Positions 1 to 10,335 of a DNA stretch of 64,000 bases are shown here, piece after piece; position 1 is the first letter of the stretch, and the number at the start of each line of letters is the position of its first letter. Both the position numbers and the translations under genes were made by a program. A model generated the notes under the pieces. It worked only from the letters and a program-made list of their open reading frames with translations, was not told where the DNA came from and searched no databases. Origin of the DNA: Candidatus Latescibacterota bacterium (GTDB lineage: Bacteria; Latescibacterota; UBA2968; SICM01); contig CBDCJO010000002.1 of the NCBI GenBank assembly GCA_965217865.1, forward strand, positions 1,344,001-1,408,000, read 5' to 3'.

Positions 1-1108
1 CACGGGCGTACCTGTGACCACTGAGATCAACCTTTTTTTCGAGCGCTGCCGAGGCCGCATCATGGGCATCACGGGGAGCAGCGGGAAGACCACCACGACA
101 CTGCTGGCAGGCGAGATCCTTCGCAGGGCTTACCCGGAAACGCACGTGGGAGGAAACCTGGGCCGCCCCCTGATCGAGGAGGTCGACGGGATCTCCCCTG
201 ATGCCCCGGTGATCCTGGAGCTCTCCAGTTTCCAGCTTGACCGTCTGCGCGACCTGGACCGGAGTCCCAACATCTCCATCATCACCAATTTTTCCCCGAA
301 CCACATCGATATACACGGATCCCTCGAGGCTTATCGTACCGCAAAGCAGGGAATCCTTGAACACCAGCTGCAGGAGGACTTGGCCATCTTGAACGCCGAC
401 GATCCAGAAGTGGCCGGTTGGACGGATCTCTGTCGCGGGAGTATTCACCGATTCAGCGGAATTGCCCCAGTGGAACGGGGCGTGTTTCTTCGAGATGGAC
501 AGATCCAGGGGGCGACGGACAATGGGATCGTTCCGATCTGTCAGGCAGATGAGCTCCAGCTTCCCGGGGCGCACAACCTTTCAAACGCCCTCGCAGCGAC
601 GACTGCAGGGATCGCGATGCACGTTGACCTCGATCTTCTGGCCGACACCCTTCGGACCTTCGAAGGGGCGGAACATCGCCTCGAATTCGTAACGGAAATC
701 GACGGGGTTCACTTTGTCAACGACTCCATTGCGACCTCTCCAGACCGATCCGTCGCTGCCCTCCTGGCCTTTGATCAACCGATCCTCCTGATCGCCGGGG
801 GATACGATAAGAAGATCCCCTTTGATGCCCTCGGTCCCATCGTTGCTGAAAGAGTCAGAAGCGTTTTCCTGATCGGTGCGACCACAGAGCAGATTGCCGG
901 AGTCATCGAGGGGCAAAGGGGGCCCACAACCATCCATCGATGTGGCTCCCTTGAGGAGGCCATCGATGCGGCTGCCGGAGAGGCTCGTTCGGGAGAGGTC
1001 GTCCTCCTCTCCCCCGCCTGCGCCAGCTACGGTATGTTCCGAAATTTCGAAGAGCGGGGAAAGAGATTCAAGGAACGGGTGAAGGAAATCGGAAAAACCA
1101 GGAGATAG
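1..1108 (+). CDS. murD: UDP-N-acetylmuramoyl-L-alanine--D-glutamate ligase (5' end outside the window)
   Basis: Motifs GITGSSGKTTT, LELSSFQL, NFSPNHID, EHRLE, NDSIATS and LSPACASYGMFRNFEERG; the frame is open to the window edge. Confidence 0.93.
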   Translation, partial: TGVPVTTEINLFFERCRGRIMGITGSSGKTTTTLLAGEILRRAYPETHVGGNLGRPLIEEVDGISPDAPVILELSSFQLDRLRDLDRSPNISIITNFSPNHIDIHGSLEAYRTAKQGILEHQLQEDLAILNADDPEVAGWTDLCRGSIHRFSGIAPVERGVFLRDGQIQGATDNGIVPICQADELQLPGAHNLSNALAATTAGIAMHVDLDLLADTLRTFEGAEHRLEFVTEIDGVHFVNDSIATSPDRSVAALLAFDQPILLIAGGYDKKIPFDALGPIVAERVRSVFLIGATTEQIAGVIEGQRGPTTIHRCGSLEEAIDAAAGEARSGEVVLLSPACASYGMFRNFEERGKRFKERVKEIGKTRR

Positions 1109-1197
1109 GAACCAGAATCGAGAATGAAGTCTGAAGTCCAGCGTCCGAAGTCGAAGGTGAAAACCAAATCTTTTGACACAAGACTCCGGAAGGTACC

Positions 1198-3090
1198 ATG
1201 CATACGATCATCGGCACGGCGGGTCATATCGACCACGGAAAGACAGCCCTCATTCGTGCACTGACGGGTCGCGACACCGACACCCTCCCGGAGGAAAAGG
1301 CGCGAGAAATCACGATCGACATCGGTTTCGCCTATTGGAAAGAGGGGCTGACCGTCATCGATGTCCCGGGCCACGAGCGTTTCGTCAAGAACATGGTGGC
1401 CGGCGTCAGCGCGATCGACCTGGCCCTGTTTGTCGTTGCGGCCGACGATGGTCCCATGCCCCAGAGCCGGGAGCATCTCGATATCCTGGACCTCCTGGGT
1501 ATCCGGAGGGGGGTTGTGGCCTTAACGAAAACCGACCTCGTGGATTCAGAATGGCTCGAACTCGTGACGGAGGAGGTGCGAAAGCTCACGCGCGGTTCCT
1601 TCCTGGAAAATGCGCCCATCCACGCGGTCTCTTCCGCGACGGGGGAGGGAATTCCGGACCTGGAGCGCGGCATCATGGAGGCCGTCGAACTCCCTGTACC
1701 GAAACCAGACCGGGGAATCTTCCGGCTCCCGATCGATCGTTCGTTTTCGATCCGGGGTTTCGGGACCGTGGTCACCGGGACCGTAATTTCGGGTCGCGTT
1801 CATCCAGAGGACGAGGTGGAGCTTCATCCAGCCGGAAGACGGCTCCGGGTACGGGGGGTCCAGCACCACGAACAGGACGTGGAGGCTGCTTCAATCGGTG
1901 ATCGTGCAGCCCTCAACCTGGCGGACGTCGAGAAGGAGGAGGTGACTCGAGGGGATATCCTCGGAGAGCCAGGATGGTTCACTCCGACCGTGCGGTTCGA
2001 TGCCCGCCTCCGGTTACTTTCATCCTGTCCCGTCCCGTTGAAGAATCGAACACGCATCCGCCTCCACGTGGGTACGGCCGAAGTGATGGCCCGAATCGTG
2101 TTTCTGGATCACGAGACCCTTCACCCGGGAGAATCCGTGCTTGGACAGCTCCGCCTGGAGGCCCCGGCTGTGGTTTCCCCCGGCGACCGATTGGTATTTC
2201 GACGTTATTCTCCAGCCATCACACTCGGCGGGGGCGTGGTGCTGGATGCCCATCCCCCCCGCCACAAGACCGGGGATGCGACCGCACGCCTTGCACTCCA
2301 GGGGATGGAATCGGACGATTTTGAGGAAGTCCTGAAGGCCCGTCTGACCCTTTCGAGAACAGACGCCAGGTCCGCGCAGATGCTCGCCGTCGAGGTCGGT
2401 TCCGAGAAATCTCAGATCGTTGATGCCCTGGATCGGCTGGTCGAATCCCAAAAGGCGGTCCGCCTTGACCACGGGGATGGATGGTTCCTGTCCTCTGAGA
2501 ATTGGGAGAAAGTCCTTCTTGGAATTACCGATGCCCTCTCAAAGTTCCACCAAAACAAACCCCTCAAAGGAGGATTGAATCGGGACGAACTCAGACAGGC
2601 CGTCCCCGAAAACCTGGATCATGATCTGTTCGAGATCGCCCTTCGGGGCCTGATCCGGGATGGTAAACTCAAAGCAACCGGACCCATCCTCAGTCTCTCT
2701 GCCCACCGGATCAGCCTCTCCCCGGCGCAGGAGGTCATCCGTTCTGCTGTCGGAAACCTGCTCGCGGCCGGGCTTGCGACTCCGCCTGTTCTTGACGAGA
2801 TCCTCAGGAATCTCTCCGAGAAACCCGGGGCAGTCCACGATGTCATCGAAGCGATGCAGGATCTGGGAGAAGTGGTCCGTGCGGATTCGGATATCGTGTT
2901 CCATTGTTCGGTCATCGACGACCTCAGAGACAGACTCGTGGCCTATCTCCGCGAAAACGGGGAGATCACCGTCGCGAATTTTCGTACACTGGCCAAAACC
3001 ACCCGGAAATACGCGCTGCCCTTGATCAACCTGTTCGACAACGAAGGACTCACCATACGCAAAGGCGACGTACGCATCCTCGCGAAATAA
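1198..3090 (+). CDS. selB: Selenocysteine-specific translation elongation factor
   Basis: [28 protein letters not shown] and TKTD G-motifs; 630 aa ending in a winged-helix C-terminus ([14 protein letters not shown]). Confidence 0.95.
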   Translation: MHTIIGTAGHIDHGKTALIRALTGRDTDTLPEEKAREITIDIGFAYWKEGLTVIDVPGHERFVKNMVAGVSAIDLALFVVAADDGPMPQSREHLDILDLLGIRRGVVALTKTDLVDSEWLELVTEEVRKLTRGSFLENAPIHAVSSATGEGIPDLERGIMEAVELPVPKPDRGIFRLPIDRSFSIRGFGTVVTGTVISGRVHPEDEVELHPAGRRLRVRGVQHHEQDVEAASIGDRAALNLADVEKEEVTRGDILGEPGWFTPTVRFDARLRLLSSCPVPLKNRTRIRLHVGTAEVMARIVFLDHETLHPGESVLGQLRLEAPAVVSPGDRLVFRRYSPAITLGGGVVLDAHPPRHKTGDATARLALQGMESDDFEEVLKARLTLSRTDARSAQMLAVEVGSEKSQIVDALDRLVESQKAVRLDHGDGWFLSSENWEKVLLGITDALSKFHQNKPLKGGLNRDELRQAVPENLDHDLFEIALRGLIRDGKLKATGPILSLSAHRISLSPAQEVIRSAVGNLLAAGLATPPVLDEILRNLSEKPGAVHDVIEAMQDLGEVVRADSDIVFHCSVIDDLRDRLVAYLRENGEITVANFRTLAKTTRKYALPLINLFDNEGLTIRKGDVRILAK

Positions 3091-3148
3091 AGCAGCAGCA
3101 TCACTTTCATTTGCACTTTGTTTTTTTGCATTTCCTCAGGAGCTTCCC

Positions 3149-4240
3149 ATGCCATCCCCACGCGTCACCATCCTCGGCGGAGGGAACACCGCCTTCTCCG
3201 CAGCAGCCAATCTGACCCTTCACGGCGTGGAGGTAACCCTCTGCGAGATTGCGGGCTTCGAATCGGCGGTCGCCCCCATTCGACAGTCCCGGGAGATCCA
3301 TCTGGATGGCGTGGCCTCAAAAGGCCTCGCCAAACTCCATAGCGTCACGTCGGACTTCGGCCAGGCCCTGGCCTTCAGCGATCTCATCCTGCTCATCGTC
3401 CCGGCCTATGCCCACAAACCGTTTGCCGAGGCGTGCGCTCCCCACCTCAAGGCGGGTCAGACCGTGGTCCTGATGCCCGGCACCCTGGGCGCTCTGGAAT
3501 TCGCACGAATCATTCGGGAGAAGGGATGTTCCGGAGTCACGGTCGGAGAGGTCGATACGGCACCCTATGTCTGCCGTAAAGTCGGCCCCGACCGGGGCCA
3601 CATCTGGGGCGTGGTCAACGGTCTGGGCCTTGGGGTCCTCCCTTCGAAAGAAACGGACCGCATCCTTGAGATGCTCTCTCCGCTCTTTCCCGGGATCACA
3701 GCGTACCCCAACGTCATGGCCTCAGGCCTAGGGGCTATGAACCCCGTCGTCCATCCGGCGGGCGTTTTGATGAATGCAGGTCGAATTGAATACTCAAAGG
3801 GTGAGTTCTATTTCTACGAGGAGGGCGTCACACCGGGTGTCGTTTCTGTGATCATGCAGGTCGATTTCGAACGGCGGGAAATCGGAAAGGGCTTCGGTCT
3901 GGACCTGTGTCCGGTGGACGAGGGCTTTTACAGGGCGGGATTCGGCCCCAAAGGGGACCTCTGGGCGACGATCAACGGAAGCCGAATGTTGACCCAACTG
4001 AAGGCCCCCGGCAGCCTGGAAAGCCGGTGGCTGACCGAAGACGTCCCCTACGGCCTGGCGGCCTGGACTTCCGTGGCCGAACAATATGATGTGGAGGCCC
4101 CCACGATGTCTGCCCTGGTGGACATCGGATCGATCGTGATCGGATTCGATGCTAGGGAAAAAGGACGCGGCGTGAGAGACCTTGGGATCGAAGGAATGAA
4201 CCCGGACGAATTGGCGACCTATCTGAAGGAGGGAAAATGA
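3149..4240 (+). CDS. NAD/NADP octopine/nopaline (opine) dehydrogenase family protein
   Basis: Rossmann GGGNTA, then NPVVHP, FYFYEEG and RWLTEDVPYGL motifs. Confidence 0.85.
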   Translation: MPSPRVTILGGGNTAFSAAANLTLHGVEVTLCEIAGFESAVAPIRQSREIHLDGVASKGLAKLHSVTSDFGQALAFSDLILLIVPAYAHKPFAEACAPHLKAGQTVVLMPGTLGALEFARIIREKGCSGVTVGEVDTAPYVCRKVGPDRGHIWGVVNGLGLGVLPSKETDRILEMLSPLFPGITAYPNVMASGLGAMNPVVHPAGVLMNAGRIEYSKGEFYFYEEGVTPGVVSVIMQVDFERREIGKGFGLDLCPVDEGFYRAGFGPKGDLWATINGSRMLTQLKAPGSLESRWLTEDVPYGLAAWTSVAEQYDVEAPTMSALVDIGSIVIGFDAREKGRGVRDLGIEGMNPDELATYLKEGK

Positions 4241-4746
4241 ATCCCGTCGATTCTGATCCTCTTGCAAGGATAGAAAAGGCGATCGCCTCCCTGCCCCGCT
4301 GGAGGCGCTGGTGGGCAGAGAAGTCTTTTCAAAAACGGCGGGACGGCTGGCTGACCATCCTGAACGCATACTCCAATGTCGAAATGGTGGTTTGCGGACG
4401 CTTTCAGACCCCCACCGCCGACTGGCAACCGGGACTCCTTGTCGCTACGGACCGGAGCCTCCTTTTCTTCTGGTTCTACTTGAGCGCGATGGACGTTCAA
4501 CCGGAATACGTCGACACGGGAACGGAGGCCGGGGACGTCGCCGTCCCGGATCTGGGCACCTGGGAAACCTCCTATGCCAGCATAACGTCTGTCACGGCTG
4601 AACGGGGCTGGTTCGACGCAACGCGCATCTTGCTTCAGATCGGACCCACCAAACGTCCGGTGATGGCCATCTCTCCCCGGTCAGGCGCAATGCCCTTCTA
4701 CCATCTGATCCGGTCCCGTCTGACGGACCAGGCTGACAAAACATAG
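4237..4746 (+). CDS. Hypothetical protein, bacterial PH-domain-like
   Basis: ATGA overlap with the upstream gene; GLLVATDRSLLFF...SYASITSV pattern. Confidence 0.55.
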   Translation: MNPVDSDPLARIEKAIASLPRWRRWWAEKSFQKRRDGWLTILNAYSNVEMVVCGRFQTPTADWQPGLLVATDRSLLFFWFYLSAMDVQPEYVDTGTEAGDVAVPDLGTWETSYASITSVTAERGWFDATRILLQIGPTKRPVMAISPRSGAMPFYHLIRSRLTDQADKT

Positions 4747-4824
4747 ACATCTCCCGCAGATCCACATCAGAATCCCGTGCGACCCGGGACTCGCCCCATA
4801 CACGCTAATATGGAGTTTTCAATT

Positions 4825-5613
4825 TCATTTTGCATTTTGCTCTTTCCCCGATCCCCCGCTCTTCCTCACTCTATTGATCGCACTCGCGGCCATGCCGGCT
4901 CCAAACCCGTTGTCGATATTCACCACCGTGACGCCCGCAGCACAGGTGTTGAGCATGCCCAGAAGGGCAGCTATCCCGCCAAAGCTCGCACCATAACCCA
5001 CGCTGGTCGGCACCGCGATCACCGGAACATCCACCAGCCCCCCCACCACACTGGGCAGCGCGCCTTCCATCCCCGCAACGACCACGATCACATTCGCCAA
5101 AGACAGAGCCTCCCTGTGGGCGAGAAGCCGGTGAATGCCCGCCACCCCAACGTCGTAGAGCCGTTCGACCCGGTTGCCCATGGCATCCGCAGTGACTGCC
5201 GCCTCTTCAGCAACGGGAAGGTCAGAAGTGCCTGCGGAGATCACAAGGACCGTCCCGGAGGTCTGCGGGAGGGCCTCCTTCGATCGGATCAGGACGGTCC
5301 GACCCATCTCGTTCACCTCCGCCTCGGGTAAGGCCGCTTTCAGGGTCTCCCGTGCCTCTTGATCCGCCCGGGTCGCGAGCATCGTCACACCCGCGCCGGC
5401 GATCCTGGCTGCGATCTCCACGATCTGGTCGATCGATTTGCCCTCACAGAACACGACCTCAGGGAAACCCTGTCGGAGGGACCGGTGATGGTCCAGGGTG
5501 GCGAACCCCAGGTCCTCGAACGGCATCGCCTTAAGCGACGCGACCCCTTCCTCGACGCTGATCTGCCCGTCCTTGATCTGTTGTAAAAGATCTTTTATGC
5601 GTTCGGGGGACAA
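4825..5613 (-). CDS. larB: Nickel pincer cofactor biosynthesis protein LarB
   Basis: DHHRSLRQGFPEVVFCEGK, SAGTSDLPVAEEA, DVGVAGIHR, VPTSVGYG, NIDNGFGA. Confidence 0.92.
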   Translation of the reverse strand: MSPERIKDLLQQIKDGQISVEEGVASLKAMPFEDLGFATLDHHRSLRQGFPEVVFCEGKSIDQIVEIAARIAGAGVTMLATRADQEARETLKAALPEAEVNEMGRTVLIRSKEALPQTSGTVLVISAGTSDLPVAEEAAVTADAMGNRVERLYDVGVAGIHRLLAHREALSLANVIVVVAGMEGALPSVVGGLVDVPVIAVPTSVGYGASFGGIAALLGMLNTCAAGVTVVNIDNGFGAGMAASAINRVRKSGGSGKEQNAK

Positions 5614-5684
5614 GGAAACCTCACCAAAGAAAAAAGCTAAATCCGAACCCAGGAACCAAACTTCAGAGTGAAATCACATATGCC

Positions 5685-6689
5685 TTAAGCGTGTCGATTT
5701 GTTTCAACTTTTAATTCCCCCTTCTCTTCCTGTTTTTCGGCCACCTCCCAAAGCATCCTTTCCACCACGTCCGGATCTTCCACCTTCATCATCGCCGCCC
5801 GGATATCCGTGGCGTGCGCCATCCCCTTAATGTAGGCGGAGATATGGCGCCGCATCTCCCGCACCCCGATATGGACCCCCTTCTCCTCGATGCAGAGCCG
5901 GAGATGCCGCACCGCCAGGGCGATTCTGTCCCGGACACCAGGTTCGGGCGGGGCCTCCCGCCCGGCCAATACGGCCTCCGCTCCGCTGAAGATCCAGGGT
6001 TTTCCGATGGCCCCCCGTCCGAGCATTACCATGTCGCATCCAGTCTGTTCGACCATCCGAAGGGCGTCTTCGGCCTTTCTGATGTCACCGTTTCCGACCA
6101 CCGGGATCGAGACAGCCTCCTTCACCCGACGGATGACCTCCCAATCCGCCTCTCCGGAGAAACCCATTGCCCGCGTCCTCCCGTGGACCGCAATCGCCGA
6201 GGCACCGACCTCCTCGGCTGCGCGAGCCACCTCCGTGGCGGAGCTGGAATCATCCCAGCCGCTCCTGATCTTCAAAGTGATCGGTATATCCACCGCTTTC
6301 ACCATAGCGCTGATGATTTGCTTCAGGTGTGGGACATCCTTCAGGAGCGCCGACCCCGCAGACCGGTTGACGATTTTTCGGACCGGGCATCCGCAGTTGA
6401 TGTCGATAACGTCCGGCCGTCGCTCGGCGATCACCTCTGCCCCACCTGCCATGATCTCGGGATCGGAGCCGAATACCTGAACAGCGATCGGGTGTTCGTC
6501 CTCCTTGAAATCCAGGTAGCGGCTCGTGCGCTCCCCCCCCCGGATGAGCCCGTCGGCGCTGACCATCTCCGTCGTGGCATATCCGGCGCCGTATTCCCGA
6601 CAAATCAACCGAAAAGCCCGATCCGTCACCCCGGCTAGCGGCGCAAGGGCGGTAAGGCCTGGAATTTCGACGTTTCCGATTCTAATCAT
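5685..6689 (-). CDS. dusB: tRNA-dihydrouridine synthase B
   Basis: LAPLAGVTD, DINCGCP, KIRSGW, VHGRT, GNGDI, GRGAIGKPW. Confidence 0.92.
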   Translation of the reverse strand: MIRIGNVEIPGLTALAPLAGVTDRAFRLICREYGAGYATTEMVSADGLIRGGERTSRYLDFKEDEHPIAVQVFGSDPEIMAGGAEVIAERRPDVIDINCGCPVRKIVNRSAGSALLKDVPHLKQIISAMVKAVDIPITLKIRSGWDDSSSATEVARAAEEVGASAIAVHGRTRAMGFSGEADWEVIRRVKEAVSIPVVGNGDIRKAEDALRMVEQTGCDMVMLGRGAIGKPWIFSGAEAVLAGREAPPEPGVRDRIALAVRHLRLCIEEKGVHIGVREMRRHISAYIKGMAHATDIRAAMMKVEDPDVVERMLWEVAEKQEEKGELKVETNRHA

Positions 6690-6780
6690 AGGATAAGGAA
6701 GTCTGTTCTAAAGTCCGGAGTCCGAGGTCACCCGACCTCTGACCCCTGACTTTTGCATTTTCCATTTTGCATTTCAATTT

Positions 6781-7515
6781 TCACTTTGCGATTTCTTTCC
6801 TGTAGTACTTACATCCCCGCATGAGCGGACACGACTCGCATCGCGGTTTCGGTTTGCAGGTGTTCTTCCCAAGGGCAACGATAAGCGCATGGTATTCATT
6901 GAACAGGCCAAGATCCCTAGGCAAAGCGGATTCGAACATACCCTGGAGATCGTCGTAGCTCGCATCAGCAGAAGACAGACCGAGGCGATGGAAAATTCGG
7001 CGCGTGTAAGCATCGACCACAAAGATCGGTTTCTGAAGGGCGTAGAGGAGGATGCTGTCCGCCGTCTCGGGGCCGATTCCATTCACCGCCAGCAATTCTT
7101 CCCGTAGGGCGCCGATTCCTCTCCGCCCCATCAGGTCCAGACTTCCCCCGTAGGTGTTCATGAAAAACGTCAGAAATGACCGGAGACGTCGGGTCTTCAC
7201 ATTAAAGAATCCCGACGGACGGAGATGCCCGGCGAGTTGGCCTGGATCGAGGCTCGCCAGCCTCTCCGGGTGTATCAGATCTCTCTCCTTCAGGTTTGCG
7301 ATGGCCTTCTCGACGTTCGTCCACGCAGTGTTTTGTGTGAGGATGGCCCCGACCACCACCTCGAAGGGGGTCTCCGCGGGCCACCAGTGCCTGGGTCCGA
7401 ACGTTTTGAAGAGTTCTTCATATATATTCAGGAGCCGGCGTCTTATCTGAGATTTCGGCACGGGCAACGGTTCTAACCTCCTTCCCTTGAGGGAAGGGGG
7501 AATCAAATTGACCAA
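6781..7515 (-). CDS. Endonuclease III-related HhH-GPD protein
   Basis: WWPAETPFEV, GAILTQNT, GIGPETADSI, VVDAY and a C-terminal C-x6-C-x2-C-x5-C Fe-S motif. Confidence 0.88.
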   Translation of the reverse strand: MVNLIPPSLKGRRLEPLPVPKSQIRRRLLNIYEELFKTFGPRHWWPAETPFEVVVGAILTQNTAWTNVEKAIANLKERDLIHPERLASLDPGQLAGHLRPSGFFNVKTRRLRSFLTFFMNTYGGSLDLMGRRGIGALREELLAVNGIGPETADSILLYALQKPIFVVDAYTRRIFHRLGLSSADASYDDLQGMFESALPRDLGLFNEYHALIVALGKNTCKPKPRCESCPLMRGCKYYRKEIAK

Positions 7516-7530
7516 ACATCGGCACCCTGA

Positions 7531-9132
7531 TCAACCCGGGGAAGCCTTTGAGGCCGGAGCTTCGTCGGAGTCCTGAGCAGTCCCTGAATCGGATACTCCC
7601 CCCTGGGTGCCTTCAAGCTCCGTTGCCCGAGAGACATCCGTGGCGGGTTGCGCGGGCCCTGACGAAGACGGCATCTCACATCCTTTATTCGATTCGGAGG
7701 GACCTTTCTGGGATCGGGCGGGAACCAGATCCCCATTCACGCGGAGAAGGAGGTTCTCGTCTATGGGAAAGTATTTATCCGCCGCCTGGCTCAGGTCGCG
7801 TGCGGTATTGTGAAGGAACGAGTAGACCTCCACCTTGGGCCCGATGGTTTTTACAAGGTTCACCAGAGAAACAAAATCACCGTCACCGCTCACCAGGACC
7901 ACCACGTCGAGTTTTTCTGCCAGGTCCATGATGTCGATCGCCATGCCCATGTCCCAGTCCCCTTTGGCAGACCCATCGCTCCTGAGGCGAAGGTTCTTCC
8001 GTTTGACCTCATAGCTCTTCTGCTGAAGCATGGTGATGAAACCGCTCTGGTCGACCTCGGGAGATTGAACGACATATGCGATCGCTCGGATCAACCGACG
8101 CTTTTCCGTAGCCGAACGCAGGATTTTCTCGAAGTCGAGTCGGGCGTTAAACTGCTTTGCTGCGTAGAAAATGTTTTGAACATCGACGAAGATGCCCACC
8201 CTTTCGCCGTCTCCGTCCAAACGACGAGGTCTCTTTCCAGTCTCAACGAAATTTTGAATCGCCGATGGGAGCACGCGAACGGCCTCCCGTAAGTCCTCCA
8301 TGGCCTTCTTCACCTCGTTGCGTTCTCGACCGGTTTCAATAATCTCGCGTGTGACGAGGGATTTGATCTCCACGACCGTTTCGCTGAGGGCTTCCACAAA
8401 TCGATCGGGGCTTTCTTTTGATTGGGGGAAAGCCTCCAGCTTCTTTTCCAATTTTTCCAGGGAACCCTGGATCCTTCGATTTTCCCTGGCCAGCTGTTTA
8501 ATCGAAACGGATGTTGCATCCGGGCTTTCTGTGTTCTGTTGGACGGCATTTGCTTTTTTAAGGTCATCTGCTTGCTTTCTCTTCTCCGCTTCAACGACCT
8601 CCAATCGCTCGTGCCACGATTCGATTTCACGTTCCAATTTATCGTTTCTCTGGGCAAGTTCATCGATTCGCGCTTTTAAACAGACTTCCGTCAAGTTCGG
8701 GGCCGTCTTTTTGTCTTCTAAGGATTTTAATAGGGTCTGAGCGGATCGATTGACCTCCATTCGGCCGTCCGTCGCGAGCGCGTACAATATACGACCGGGC
8801 TTCTTTTCACGGATGAGTCGATCCCTGTCCGCAACCAGAGTTGTGATATGAGGGATGGTGTCCTCCCTGCAGTCCTTTACGACATCCCGGTTCGCAGCCT
8901 CGAGCGCTTCTGCAATTTTCAGGGCATTCTTTTCGTTTTTATAGAACGCTTCTACCAAATCCATAATCAAGCGTACTTTCTGCACGTTAACTTTGTCTTT
9001 CTTCTCGATTATGATCGAGCACGCCTTGCACAGCGCCACGGCAGATGTCTGATCCAGGGAATCATCGAGGACCCACATCATCATTTCAGGATTAATCGCC
9101 TTTGCGATATTTTCGTGCAGCGGTAGTTTCAT
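7531..9132 (-). CDS. NYN (LabA/DUF88) domain protein with long N-terminal helical/coiled-coil region
   Basis: C-terminal FVDVQN, KGDWDMGMAID and VSGDGDF motifs; about 300 aa of E/K-rich heptad-like sequence before them. Confidence 0.85.
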   Translation of the reverse strand: MKLPLHENIAKAINPEMMMWVLDDSLDQTSAVALCKACSIIIEKKDKVNVQKVRLIMDLVEAFYKNEKNALKIAEALEAANRDVVKDCREDTIPHITTLVADRDRLIREKKPGRILYALATDGRMEVNRSAQTLLKSLEDKKTAPNLTEVCLKARIDELAQRNDKLEREIESWHERLEVVEAEKRKQADDLKKANAVQQNTESPDATSVSIKQLARENRRIQGSLEKLEKKLEAFPQSKESPDRFVEALSETVVEIKSLVTREIIETGRERNEVKKAMEDLREAVRVLPSAIQNFVETGKRPRRLDGDGERVGIFVDVQNIFYAAKQFNARLDFEKILRSATEKRRLIRAIAYVVQSPEVDQSGFITMLQQKSYEVKRKNLRLRSDGSAKGDWDMGMAIDIMDLAEKLDVVVLVSGDGDFVSLVNLVKTIGPKVEVYSFLHNTARDLSQAADKYFPIDENLLLRVNGDLVPARSQKGPSESNKGCEMPSSSGPAQPATDVSRATELEGTQGGVSDSGTAQDSDEAPASKASPG

Positions 9133-9137
9133 AAACT

Positions 9138-9656
9138 TTACCCCTCCGGTTTTGATAGGAATTTTTCTTTAAGTTTTCTGGCAATGTAGGGTGGGACAAA
9201 TTGGTCAACCGACCCGCCGAATTGTGCTACCTGCCTGACGATCGTTGCGCTCAGATAGGCGTAATCGTTCCGGGTCATGAAAAAGACCGACTCGAATTCG
9301 TGATCGAGTTGCCGGTTGGTAAGTGCCATCTGGAATTCATATTCAAAATCGGTAACCGCCCTTAAGCCCCGGACCACAGTATGGACGCTGCGACGTCGGG
9401 CGTAATCCACCAGCAACCCATCGAAGTGGTCGACCTCGACCCCGGGCATTGTTTGGGTGACCTCCCGAATCATGCCCATTCTTTCCTCGACCGTGAAAAG
9501 CATCTGTTTCTGTTTGTTGGAAAGGATCGCCACGATCAGCCGGTCAAAAATCCGGCTTGCCCGTTCGATGATGTCGATATGCCCGTTGGTGACCGGGTCG
9601 AAACTCCCCGGATAAAGTGCGACATTCATAAAAATCTCCGTCACAAGGGAAGCCAT
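9138..9656 (-). CDS. coaD: Phosphopantetheine adenylyltransferase (true start probably ATG at 9629)
   Basis: YPGSFDPVTNGH, VRGLRAVTDFEYE. Confidence 0.96.
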   Translation of the reverse strand: MASLVTEIFMNVALYPGSFDPVTNGHIDIIERASRIFDRLIVAILSNKQKQMLFTVEERMGMIREVTQTMPGVEVDHFDGLLVDYARRRSVHTVVRGLRAVTDFEYEFQMALTNRQLDHEFESVFFMTRNDYAYLSATIVRQVAQFGGSVDQFVPPYIARKLKEKFLSKPEG

Positions 9657-9699
9657 CGGAATGACATCCGGTTTACAAGTAAAGGGTTTGGCCTTGATC

Positions 9700-10335
9700 T
9701 CATAAAACGCGATTCATCCAAAAATTAAGTTTTGTATCCCCGTATACGCGCTCGTCGATCCGGTCCAAACCCTCAATTTCAGGTGTCTGAAAATCCGACT
9801 CCGACTCCGCAACAACCAATCCGTCCACCGCGATCATTCCCATTTCAACGGCAAACAAAAGTGCGTCAAAGAGGAGCCCGGCTTTCCGGTATGGCGGGTC
9901 CATCAGGATCAGGTCGAAAGTCCGCCCCTCCGAATTAAGCTGTTTCGCCGCCTTCCGGTAGCCCAGCTTCCAGACCTCGGCGCGATTCCCCCTCCATGAT
10001 CTGGAAATACGATTACGGGAAGCGTGGGACCCTATGTCCCGGTCTTCCTTGCCCATCTCGCCTGGATCTTCAATCTCCCCGAGGTCGGCCAGATTCCTCA
10101 CCAGAGTGCGAACGGAACGGGGATCATCATCGACGAAAAGAACAGAAAGGGCTCCACGGCTCAAGGCCTCGATGCCGAGCGTCCCGGAGCCTGCGAACAG
10201 ATCAAGGACGCTGCTGCCGGTTACCTGTCGGCCGATGATATCGAAGAGAGACTTTCGTACCCGCTCCAAAGTCGGCCGTACCCCCTTCGCCGTGCGCAGG
10301 TTGCGGCCTCGGAACCGGCCAGATATCACACGCAT
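9700..10335 (-). CDS. rsmD: 16S rRNA m2G966 methyltransferase
   Basis: MRVISG..RGR, RPT, LDLFAGSG, DPPY; adjacent to coaD as commonly seen. Confidence 0.9.
   Translation of the reverse strand: MRVISGRFRGRNLRTAKGVRPTLERVRKSLFDIIGRQVTGSSVLDLFAGSGTLGIEALSRGALSVLFVDDDPRSVRTLVRNLADLGEIEDPGEMGKEDRDIGSHASRNRISRSWRGNRAEVWKLGYRKAAKQLNSEGRTFDLILMDPPYRKAGLLFDALLFAVEMGMIAVDGLVVAESESDFQTPEIEGLDRIDERVYGDTKLNFWMNRVL

Noticed and set aside
1173-1901. 242-aa ORF and the many other overlapping ORFs in 1-28 kb and 47-50 kb
   Set aside because: Off-frame or antisense to well-supported genes in GC-rich DNA; no motifs
1198-4746. Selenoprotein (in-frame UGA) near selB
   Set aside because: Neighbouring ORFs look full length, and I saw no read-through extension or SECIS by eye
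4825-5613. Lactate racemase (lar) cluster
   Set aside because: Only larB is present here; scattered lar genes are common
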